In this document: piece after piece, positions 26,940-36,800 of the stretch | Numbering within the stretch: the first letter of the stretch is position 1 | Layout: each line of letters starts with the position of its first letter | Assembly (NCBI GenBank): GCA_963793425.1 | Contig: CAWCAG010000009.1 | Span: 704,001 to 768,000, forward strand | Source: an uncultured cyanobacterium | GTDB lineage: Bacteria > Cyanobacteriota > Cyanobacteriia > Cyanobacteriales > CAWCAG01 | DNA length: 64,000 bases | Reading direction: 5' to 3' | Notes under the pieces: model-generated | Database searches by the model: none | Told to the model about the DNA's origin: nothing | What the model saw: only the letters and a program-made list of their open reading frames with translations | Program-made: the position numbers and the translations under genes

Positions 26940-27707
26940 TTGAAATTGTACTTAATATCAAGGAGATTCGAGTTGAAGCCCTATTCCCAAATTCCGATCA
27001 AAGAATGTGGTGAACCTTTAGTAGCTATACCTTTAACAGAATTTGCTGTAGAAAGTCCCCATCCTTATGAAAAATTAGGGGCTCCTTATGGAGTGTGTGG
27101 GCAAAGCCGGGCGGAGGCATCGCCCTATTATCTTCGCCAAGGGGTTTTAGAAGCTTTGATTTTGGCACAACAAGAGTTACAGCATTTTCTTCCTGGAGGC
27201 AGGATTAAGATTTTTGATGCTTATCGTCCTGTGGAAGTGCAGCAATTTATGGTGGATTATACTTTCACTCAAGTAATCAACCAGAAAAACTTAAAGTTAG
27301 AGGAATTATCAACTAACCAACAGCAGGAGATTTGGCAGGAAGTATATAAAATTTGGGCCATTCCCAGTTATAACCTAGCTACACCACCACCCCATAGCAC
27401 AGGGGCCGCTATTGATATTACCTTAGTTGATAGTAGTGGAAAAGAACTAAACATGGGTTCAGAAATTGATGAACTTTCGGCGCGATCGCAAGCTGATTAT
27501 TATGCAAAAAGTAACAATCTAGAAGAACAGCAATACCATAACCACCGAGAATTATTACATAAAAGTATGGGTGAAGCTGGCTTTAAGCGTCACCGAGATG
27601 AATGGTGGCACTTTTCCCTGGGAGATCAAATGTGGGCTTGGTTGTGGCAGCAAGAAAATTCTGGCGGCTCTTTTTTGGCAAAGTATGGGAGAATGTCGGA
27701 GGGCTAA
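26940..27707 (+). CDS. D-alanyl-D-alanine dipeptidase (M15D, DdpX/VanX-like)
   Basis: FDAYRP, PPHSTGAAIDITL and EWWHFS motifs. Confidence 0.9.
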   Translation: MKLYLISRRFELKPYSQIPIKECGEPLVAIPLTEFAVESPHPYEKLGAPYGVCGQSRAEASPYYLRQGVLEALILAQQELQHFLPGGRIKIFDAYRPVEVQQFMVDYTFTQVINQKNLKLEELSTNQQQEIWQEVYKIWAIPSYNLATPPPHSTGAAIDITLVDSSGKELNMGSEIDELSARSQADYYAKSNNLEEQQYHNHRELLHKSMGEAGFKRHRDEWWHFSLGDQMWAWLWQQENSGGSFLAKYGRMSEG

Positions 27708-27766
27708 AGGTTCAAACCATTTTTGACTTTTAATTTTTACCTAATCACCAATCCTTAACTTGTACT

Positions 27767-28147
27767 ATGCGCGTTTATGTTCTTTTGTTCAATGCCCGCA
27801 CTGAAAACGAAGGCATTCATAGTATTCAAATTAGCGGCCGCAACCAAGTGTTGATGTTTGAGTCGGAAGACGATGCTACCCGTTTTGCTTTAATGTTGGA
27901 GGCCCAGGATTTTCCTTTAGCCACAGTTGAGGAGATTGATTCTGAAGAGGTAGAAAGTATTTGTCGTGATGCTGGTTATGGTTATAAGCTAGTAGAACAA
28001 GGAACCCTTGAACTTCCCCCAGAACAGAATGTAGAAGACAAAGACTGGGATTTGGAAGGTCAGGAAAAGCAAGAACAAGAAGAAACATCCGAAACAGAAA
28101 TGTCTGATCTTGATCGCATTCGCCAACAACTTGAAGGATTGTTGTAG
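27767..28147 (+). CDS. DUF3110-like conserved cyanobacterial protein
   Basis: VYVLLFNARTENEGIH..FESEDDATRFALMLEAQDF. Confidence 0.8.
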   Translation: MRVYVLLFNARTENEGIHSIQISGRNQVLMFESEDDATRFALMLEAQDFPLATVEEIDSEEVESICRDAGYGYKLVEQGTLELPPEQNVEDKDWDLEGQEKQEQEETSETEMSDLDRIRQQLEGLL

Positions 28148-28179
28148 TTAATCGCTAATCCCTAATTGCTTAACCGTCA

Positions 28180-29115
28180 ATGAAAAAAATTCCCACAAGA
28201 GGTCACCTCTTAACAGAACAGAATAATCCTCAAAGTCACAACCTTGATCAACTTACCTCTTTGGAAATAGTAGACCTTTTTAATCAAGAAGATCGTCGAA
28301 CCATTGAGGCGATCGCCCAAACTCGGACTCAGTTAGCCCAGACTATTGACATCACCGCAGAAGCTTTGAGTCAAGGTGGGAGACTTTTATATGTTGGGGC
28401 TGGTACTAGTGGGCGTTTAGGGGTCTTAGATGCGGCAGAATGTCCCCCCACCTTTTGTACTCCCCCGGAAATGGTACAAGGGATAATCGCTGGAGGTGCG
28501 GCTGCCTTGGTACGTAGTTCCGAAGCCCTTGAAGATAGACCACAGGATGGGGCAGAAGCGATCGCCCGTTGTAAGGTAAATGAATTGGATGTTGTCATTG
28601 GTATAACAGCCGGGGGAACAACTCCTTATGTTCACGGTGCTTTGCAAGCAGCAAAAGAAAGGGGGGCCGCCAGTATTTTTATCGCTTGTGTCCCAGTCAA
28701 TCAAGTTCCTAGTGATGCCAATCTCGATATTCGCCTTTTAGTTGGTCCAGAAATTTTAGCAGGTTCAACACGGCTTAAAGCAGGAACCGTGACCAAAATG
28801 GCTTTAAATATTATTTCTACCGGAGTAATGGTTAAGCTAGGGAAAGTTTACGGCAATCGTATGGTAGATGTCTCTGTAACGAATAGTAAACTCCTCGACC
28901 GTTCCCTCGGCATAATCAAAGACTTAACAGACTTAACCACAGAAGAAGCCCATAACTTACTAGAAGATAGCGAAAAACAAGTTAAATTAGCTTTGCTTAG
29001 GCATTGGACTGGGTTAAAAAAGGAAGAAGGGAAGATTTTACTAGCACAAAATCAAGGTAATCTGAGAGCAGCATTAAACTCTTCAACCTCAAAAACCTCA
29101 ACAACCTGCACTTAA
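28180..29115 (+). CDS. murQ: N-acetylmuramic acid 6-phosphate etherase
   Basis: GAGTSGRLGVLDAAECPPTF and GSTRLKAGT motifs. Confidence 0.96.
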   Translation: MKKIPTRGHLLTEQNNPQSHNLDQLTSLEIVDLFNQEDRRTIEAIAQTRTQLAQTIDITAEALSQGGRLLYVGAGTSGRLGVLDAAECPPTFCTPPEMVQGIIAGGAAALVRSSEALEDRPQDGAEAIARCKVNELDVVIGITAGGTTPYVHGALQAAKERGAASIFIACVPVNQVPSDANLDIRLLVGPEILAGSTRLKAGTVTKMALNIISTGVMVKLGKVYGNRMVDVSVTNSKLLDRSLGIIKDLTDLTTEEAHNLLEDSEKQVKLALLRHWTGLKKEEGKILLAQNQGNLRAALNSSTSKTSTTCT

Positions 29116-29126
29116 AATCACCAACC

Positions 29127-30650
29127 ATGTTTACTGGATCTGATACCACCGCAACCTTTCTCATTGTTCTCTCGGCCTTGGGTATTTTGGCTTGGGGGTA
29201 CAACAGGGCCAGACCCTATGGCAAATTAGGTGTTATTGCCTGGTTACAGTCCGTCATACTTATAGCCCCTTGGCTGATTTTTTTCAGCTTATTTGCTGTT
29301 GGTGTTTACCTCAATATTGTGGGTATTTTGCTTTTACTACTCATATCTGTAGGAATTTATATTTATTTAGGCAGAAAGTTAAGGGCAGAAGGTCAAGAAG
29401 CGATGTTACGAGAACGGGCTTCTCGGAGATTAAAAGAACAAGAAGAAGTTACCTCAACCCCACAACCTACTGATACCTTCTCGGCTGCAAAAGAGTCCAC
29501 AGAAGGGGAGTTCACTCCAGAAATCATTCCCATCCCGGAAGAGGATCTCAACATTATTAGAGGCATTTTCGGCATTGATACTTTCTTTGCCACAGAAACA
29601 ATTCCTTACCAAGAAGGGGCTATTTTCAAAGGAAATTTACGAGGAGAACCAGAAGAAGCCCATTCTCGCTTATCTACTAACTTAAAAAACTTGCTGGGAG
29701 ATAAATATCGCCTCTTTTTAGTAGAAAGTCCTGAAGGTAAACCAACAATTATTGTTCTGCCTAGCAGCAATGATCCTCAACCCAGTACCACAGCCCAAAA
29801 ATTTCTGGCCTTAGCGCTTTTGATTGTTACCATTGCCACTACTTTAGAAGCGGCAGGCTTGCTATTAAGTTTCGACTTATTCAGTAATATAAATCGCCTG
29901 GGGGAAGCCTTACCCTTAAGCCTGGGGATTTTAGGGTTACTTGCAGCCCATGAAATTGGTCATCTCGTTGCGGCTAAACGTTACAACGTGCGTCTTAGTT
30001 TCCCTTTTTTGATTCCTAGCTGGCAAATTGGTTCTTTCGGGGCGATTACCCGTTTTGAGTCTTTATTAGCCAATCGCACAGTCCTTTTCGATATTGCCCT
30101 AGCTGGTCCAGCATCTGGGGGGATAGTTTCTTTACTAATGTTAGTAACTGGTTTAATTCTTTCTCATCCCGGCAGTCTTTTTCAATTGCCTAGCCAATTT
30201 TTTCAACAGTCAGTATTAGTAGGAACTTTAGCTAAAGCTATTTTAGGTTCAGCATTACAAGAACCTTTAGTTGATATTCATCCCTTAACTATAATTGGTT
30301 GGTTAGGCTTGGTGATTACAGCCTTGAATTTAATACCTGCCGGACAGTTAGACGGGGGCAGGATTGTTCAAGCAATTTATGGTCGCAAAATAGCAAGGCG
30401 TACCACCATCGCCGCTTTAGTTATTTTGGGCATAGTGGCTTTAGTTAATCCTGTTAATCCTATTCCTCTATATTGGGCAATTTTGATTCTGTTTTTACAA
30501 CGAGATTTAGAGCGTCCTAGTCTCAATGAATTAACTGAACCAGACGACGCTAGGGCAGCTTTAGGCTTACTAGCTTTGTTTTTGATGTTAACTGCTTTGA
30601 TTCCTTTAACTCCTAGTTTGGCAGGAAGTTTGGGAATTGGTGGTTCTTGA
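29127..30650 (+). CDS. Site-2 protease (M50) family protein
   Basis: HEIGH zinc motif, NLIPAGQLDGG and TM helices. Confidence 0.93.
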   Translation: MFTGSDTTATFLIVLSALGILAWGYNRARPYGKLGVIAWLQSVILIAPWLIFFSLFAVGVYLNIVGILLLLLISVGIYIYLGRKLRAEGQEAMLRERASRRLKEQEEVTSTPQPTDTFSAAKESTEGEFTPEIIPIPEEDLNIIRGIFGIDTFFATETIPYQEGAIFKGNLRGEPEEAHSRLSTNLKNLLGDKYRLFLVESPEGKPTIIVLPSSNDPQPSTTAQKFLALALLIVTIATTLEAAGLLLSFDLFSNINRLGEALPLSLGILGLLAAHEIGHLVAAKRYNVRLSFPFLIPSWQIGSFGAITRFESLLANRTVLFDIALAGPASGGIVSLLMLVTGLILSHPGSLFQLPSQFFQQSVLVGTLAKAILGSALQEPLVDIHPLTIIGWLGLVITALNLIPAGQLDGGRIVQAIYGRKIARRTTIAALVILGIVALVNPVNPIPLYWAILILFLQRDLERPSLNELTEPDDARAALGLLALFLMLTALIPLTPSLAGSLGIGGS

Positions 30651-30824
30651 TTTTAAGTTTACAAAGCCTTTTTAACTATTAATACCTCTATCTTGAGTTA
30701 TAATTTTTAACGAAAGTGCGTAGGTAAAGTCCCATCGTAGACAGCGCCTAAATGACTAACATAATTGTAAGTTCGCTCTTGTTGCTTAAAATCTAATTTA
30801 AAGTAGTAGGGAGGCTAGAGAGTT

Positions 30825-32815
30825 ATAGATTACTCAAGCTGGAATGATTCAATTGCTAAGCATTTCTTTAACTCAGAAATGGCTGATTCTACTGTTCATT
30901 TGTATGTTACAGAAGAACTAATTAACGAAATTGGTAAAGAAAAAAAAGTTGATTGTCAAAATTTTATTAAGGCTATTAAAAGGTCTGTAGGTGAAAGAGG
31001 AATTTGCCAAAAAGCTTTAGATAGCTGGGAGAATTGGAAGTATAGACGCTCAAAGCAAGGATTATCCCCCCTTATATTGGCTATTTATCTCTATTTGTAC
31101 TTGCCGCAGGAATTGAGGCGGAAGAATTTTCTGAAAATGCTTATTATCCTCGTTTGAGAAAACTTTTAGGAGAAGAAGCAAAAAAAGGACAGTATCCTCG
31201 TTTTAATGAGATGCGTCAACTTTGGGAAGATTTAGAAAAGTGGTCAAAGGAAGATAAAGAAGGCGAATATGGAATTTTTAATTGTTTGACAGTTGGCAAA
31301 AATAATCATATTGATTTGCCGTTGGCACAAACTTTACTTTCAGAAAAAGAACGCAAAGGTTTACCAATTTTTTTTGCAGAAGCTGGTTTAGAATCTGATA
31401 GTTCGGTTTCAGAACAAGCAATACAATTTTTACTGTCAAAACACGGTAACAATTTTCTCCGCAAGCGTACTCAAAGGCTTTTAGAAAATAATAAACATGA
31501 AGATTTACGTCAAGCTTTAATAGAAAGGGTACTTGAAGAATTAGAAGCTTGGGATGGTACTTTTCAAGAAACTGAAGCAGAAGAACAAAAGAAATTTTCA
31601 GGAACATTGAGACTATGTTGCCAACTGGATACAGTGGCACAAAGAGTTAGAACAAGCCTCCGTTGTCATACTAAATCTGAATTTCCTGAAGAAGGATTAC
31701 AGTTGAAAATAGATGACCAGTCTCAAGCATTTTACTGCGAAGAATATGACAGTGAATGGTCTTCAGTTATCAAAAATATTGAGGCTAACGACCTAGATTG
31801 GCAACAAGGTTTGAGAATGCAATCAAATGATGGAAAATGGCAATTTAGGCTCAAACCATCGTCAATTCGTTTTTTTATTAGTGGAGAGGAAGAAGGATTA
31901 CCAGGATGGATTGAAGTTTGGCAAATTCCTCAGAATCAGCCTTTTCAAATCATAGCTAAACAGGAAGAGTTAACATTAATAGAACAGTGGGGAGAGTCTC
32001 AATGTCAAGGTTATGAAAAACTATCTAACTTTGACGGTTTGCCTGAAGGTTGGCATTTATTTAAGGTTAATTTAGCTCAAAGTGATGAGTTATTAAGTAA
32101 AAATCATCCATCTTTATCGTGGCCAAAAAAGGTTAGGCTTAACTTTGTGGGAGGTTTGCGTTTAGGAAAAGGTAATCAATTCTTTGATTTTGCACCTCCT
32201 CAGCTAAAGTTAGCAGGTAATACTCATTCCCAACAAATTTTAGTCAATAGCAAAGTTTTGGAGAATACAAAAAGTGGATTGTATCAACTTCCAGAAGACT
32301 CACCTAAAAATACTAAAATTAATATAGAAGTTTGTCAGGATAACGAGATTATCAAAACTAAATCGTTAACTTTAGTAGAAAGTTACATCTCGCCTCATAA
32401 TTATGACCTTAAATTAGATATTTTTGGTGACAAAACTAGCAAAGATGAATACATAAATGGGGCTATTGTAGAAAAAATAAATATTCCCCCATTTAATTTT
32501 AACACCTTACTTCCTGTACAAGGAAAACAAAGAATTATTTTGCTTGGTTCAGAAGTAGGACAAATTGCCAAGGCAACTGAAGAAATTGATTGGTCACCTG
32601 TTTGGGCCATAGCAATGTCCCGCAAAGGTCAAGCTATATTTTGTGGTAACAATATCAATAATTCTCAACCCATAACTCACACTTCTACAAACAATAAACA
32701 ACGAAAACAATGGAAAGATATTTTATGGACTAAACGCAAAAAAATTACTCCTCCTCAAAATTCTACTCTAAGAAAACTTTGGAATCAATATCAACAGGAA
32801 GCTAAGAGTGTTTAA
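30825..32815 (+). CDS. Druantia-associated (DruC-like) protein, split by a frameshift at a C6 run near 31066-31071
   Basis: ORFs 30879-31157 and 31154-32815 join with a -1 shift (..QGLSP/PYIGYLSLFVLAAG..YPRLRK). The frame is open back to ATA at 30825, after GGAGG. Confidence 0.55.
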
Positions 32816-33821
32816 TAATAGCGATATTTTACTTTATGCACTATCTACCAAGCAGGAAATGTCCTGGACTACTTTTAAAAAAGCATTTAGCGAATTGTCT
32901 AAAAGAGGATTAGATAGCCACAGTTTAGAGTTAGAAGAAACCAGGAAATTTAGAAATCAAACCAGACGTTATTTAAGCGCATTGGCACACTGCGAATTTA
33001 TTTTTAATGAAAGTAAGGGTCAAGTTTATGGTTGTCCTCCGACTTTAGCAAGAATACCTTCTTTAGGCTTTCCTCAAGCTATTTTAACAGGAGTGCGATT
33101 CTCCTCTGGAGACGCTTCGCGAACGCAAGAATCTGTAGAAAAATTACAACAGCATTGTAAATCTAAAGGTATTAATCTCGAACAAACTAAACAGCCAGGT
33201 AAATTGTCATTAATTCCTACCCGTATAGCCCTACAAGCAGAAGATATCAGCGAATTGCAACAACTAGCTAATTCTCTCAATTTTACTTTTTTAGACAATC
33301 CTCCTGCTTGGTCAGTTAGTTATTTTTCTGGCTCTCTACAAGATTATCAACAAAGTTTAACTTGGTCACAACAAAGAGAACTTAATTGGGAAAAGCAGGA
33401 ATTTAATCTCAAAAACTTTGCGTTTCAAAATAATTCATTAAATAGTCGTATTTCTCTAAGACAATATACTCATCCCAAAAAGAGTACTAAAGTTTATTAT
33501 TTGTGGAAAAGTCAAGAAAATGTAGAAGTAGATTTGGCATGGGGGAAATACTTTGTATTCAAAGAAACCAATAAAAATATTATTACCTACGATGCTAAAA
33601 AGTTTCTCCTTGCAGTTCCAATAGGCGCAAAATTACCTAAGTTACTTGATAGGGCTTTAACTCTTTGTTCTGGTTATATTCCTAAATTTGTCGAAAAAAT
33701 ACCCAAGATTGACAAAAATATTTACGGCTTTGATATTTACCAATCTGTACCACCACAAATTGCCCAAATTACTTCACAAAAACTAGGTCAAACTCTCAAT
33801 CAAAAATCCCTAACAACTTAA
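32808..33821 (+). CDS. Druantia-associated (DruD-like) protein
   Basis: 337 aa, overlaps the upstream gene and precedes the DUF1998 helicase; family assignment rests on context. Confidence 0.55.
   Translation: MFNNSDILLYALSTKQEMSWTTFKKAFSELSKRGLDSHSLELEETRKFRNQTRRYLSALAHCEFIFNESKGQVYGCPPTLARIPSLGFPQAILTGVRFSSGDASRTQESVEKLQQHCKSKGINLEQTKQPGKLSLIPTRIALQAEDISELQQLANSLNFTFLDNPPAWSVSYFSGSLQDYQQSLTWSQQRELNWEKQEFNLKNFAFQNNSLNSRISLRQYTHPKKSTKVYYLWKSQENVEVDLAWGKYFVFKETNKNIITYDAKKFLLAVPIGAKLPKLLDRALTLCSGYIPKFVEKIPKIDKNIYGFDIYQSVPPQIAQITSQKLGQTLNQKSLTT
33100..33123 (+). mobile_element. 24-nt SDR-like element inserted in-frame into a HIP1 site
   Basis: GCGAT[TCTCCTCTGGAGACGCTTCGCGAA]CGC; removing it restores GCGATCGC. 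Confidence 0.75.
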
Positions 33822-33830
33822 AAACAACTT

Positions 33831-36800
33831 ATGTATGACCCCATAGGCGCATTTGAGACTATCCGCGATAACTTTTTGCTTTATATCAAAACAGCTTTTG
33901 GTACAAGGTTTCCTAAAATAGAAGAGGAAAGGGAAAACCTATTACGGGAACCAGGAGAGTTAAATAAACCGGGAGTATTTCATCAAGAGCCTTGGATTGA
34001 ACCATTACCACAATACGAAACTTCAGGTAAAAAAGTTCAGCAGTTAACTATTGATGATACTCCAAAATTGGACGAGAAAACTTTAAAAGAGTTTCAGAAT
34101 TTAGCAGCTTGTGGCTTGATGGGAGACTATCAATTGTATAGCCACCAATTAGAAATGTTGGGTAAAAGTTTATCTGGGCAAGATGTTGTTGTAACTGCGG
34201 GTACAGGCTCTGGCAAAACTGAGTCTTTCCTCTTACCTTTATTTGCTTATTTAACCAAAGAATCTCAAAATTGGCAGTCTTTAAAGGAAGAAGATCCCCA
34301 TCTTAATGACTGGTGGAGTAACAAAGATTGGCAAGATAAATGCAATCCAATTATTAAAGAAAATCGCTCCATGAAGCGTTCTTATCGAGTATCTCAAAGA
34401 GGGAATGAAACCAGAGATGCTGCTGTTAGGGCGATAATTTTGTACCCAATGAATGCCTTAGTAGAAGATCAACTTACTCGACTACGTAAAGCTTTAGATT
34501 CTGATCAAGCTAGAGAATGGTTTAAAAATAGTAGGTCAGGAAATCGCATTTATTTTGGCAGATATAACGGTGTTACTCCTGTACCAGGACATGAAAACAC
34601 AAAAACTAGTAAACCCAATAAAAAAAAGATAGACGAACTTTTAGAAGTTATGCAGCAGATAGATCATTCTGCAACTGCTGCTGAACAATATGGCCAAGAA
34701 AAAGGAGATAAAGAAGTTAGATTCTTTTTTCCTCGCTTAGATGGTTCAGAAATGCGCTGTCGTTGGGATATGCAAGATGCGCCTCCAGATATTCTTATTA
34801 CTAACTACAGTATGTTGAGTATCATGCTGATGCGAGATGTAGATAAAGAAATATTTGCTAAGACAAAAGCATGGTTAGAGAAGCCTGAAAGTATTTTCCA
34901 TCTTATTGTTGATGAATTACACCTTTATCGAGGAACTCAAGGTACAGAAGTTGCTTATTTACTGAGGCTTTTTCTCCAGCGTTTAGGTCTTTATCCAGGG
35001 CATCCTAAATTAAGAGTATTAGCTTCTAGTGCTTCTCTTGAACCTAACGACGAGCAGAGTTTAAAGTTTTTATCAGAGTTTTTTGGTACAGAATGGAAAC
35101 CAGAACAAATTGTACCAGGAAAACAGCAAGAAATCCCAGCTATTCAAGAACGAGATTTCTTAGATAGTCAAATTTTTATTGATTTAGTTGAGGAAAAAGA
35201 ACGAAATGGCAACTCAGAAGAATTAAAAGCATCACCTCAATATAAAAAGTGTGAAGAATTTATTGAATCTCACCAAGATAATGTTATTGCAAGAATGTTA
35301 AATGCTTGCCGTGATAAGGAAAAAAATCAAACTCGTGCAGTTTCTTTTACGCAATTTGCTGAAGGTATTTTTGGTAAACATTTAGAACCAGAAACAAGCA
35401 AAAAAGCTGCCAGAGGACTATTAATTACCAGAGGTTTATTAGCAAACAATAATTTACCTGCCTTCAGATTACACTTATTCTTTCGTAATATTGAAGGCTT
35501 ATGGGCTTGTCCTCAGCCTCATAATTCCAGTTTGGAAAGCAAAACTAACCAAAAGCCTCCTGTAGGCAAACTTTTTGTTAAAAATCCTCCCATTCGTTAT
35601 AAAAACAATCGTGTCTTAGAATTATTGCGATGTGAACAATGTGGCACAGTATTTTTCGGCGGTAGTCGTCTTGAATTAGAAGGCAATAAAGGTTGGGAAT
35701 TACTACCTATAGAACCAGATATTGAGGGAATACCAGATAGACAAGTTGGTCAATTTTTAGAACAAAGAACTTACCAAGAATATGCTATTTTTTGGCCGGA
35801 CAGAGATATTCATATAGAAGCTAAGAAAGAATGGAAAAAAGCTTACTTAAATGCAAATAGTAGTGAAGTAAAATTAGATGACCCAGAAAACAGCGAAGAA
35901 AATAATATCAAAGGTTATATATTCTATCTAAAGAACAAAAATATTAATATAGGGGCGCAGCCTTCAATTTGTCCTTGTTGTGCAGTAGACTATAGTAAAC
36001 GTAGAACTATAAAATCTCCCATTCGGGGTTTCCGTAGTGGCTTTTCTAAGGTTAGCCAGTTACTTTCCAAAGAGCTTTTTTACCAATTACCTGAAAATGA
36101 GGAAAGTCGTAAGTTGGTAGTATTTTCTGATAGCCGAGAGAATGCGGCTTCTCTATCTAATGGAATGGAAAGAACTCACTATAGCGATCTGATCCGTGAA
36201 GCAATATTTTATGAATTGGAACAGTTAGCTATAGGTCAGCCTTGTTTGTTAGAAGATATTCAAAAGTATGGTAAAGCGACAACTGCTAAAGCAGCAGAAT
36301 TTGCACGACTTTATCCTGATATCTCTGGAAAAATTGCCAAGCATTTGAAGCGTATATCTCGACCATTGCCAGAAGGTTTAGACCCTGAAGATTTAGAAGA
36401 CTTGCGCGAAAGAAAAGAATCATCACAAGCTTTTATCAAAAACATAGAAAAAATAGGTGAGACTCATATTGTTCCTCTCAAAGTGATGCTTGAAGGAAAT
36501 AAGGAAACTCCTGGACAGCTAATTCAAAGATTAGTAAATTTAGGTGTTAATCCGGCTGGTTATGATATTTATTCCCAAGAATACAGATATGAAGGCAGAA
36601 TTTACAATTGGACTAACTTCTTTGACTTTTCTTTTAGTCCTCCACAATGGAAAGATTTGCCCAATCAGCAGTTAGATATTCGTGACAGAAAAATAACCGA
36701 AAAGCTTAAGTTAGAAGTATGTTTAATCTTTTTCAATCGTTTGTTTTATAGCATAGAATCTTCAGGATTAGGTTATCCTTGCTTGCAGTTGGAAGGAATG

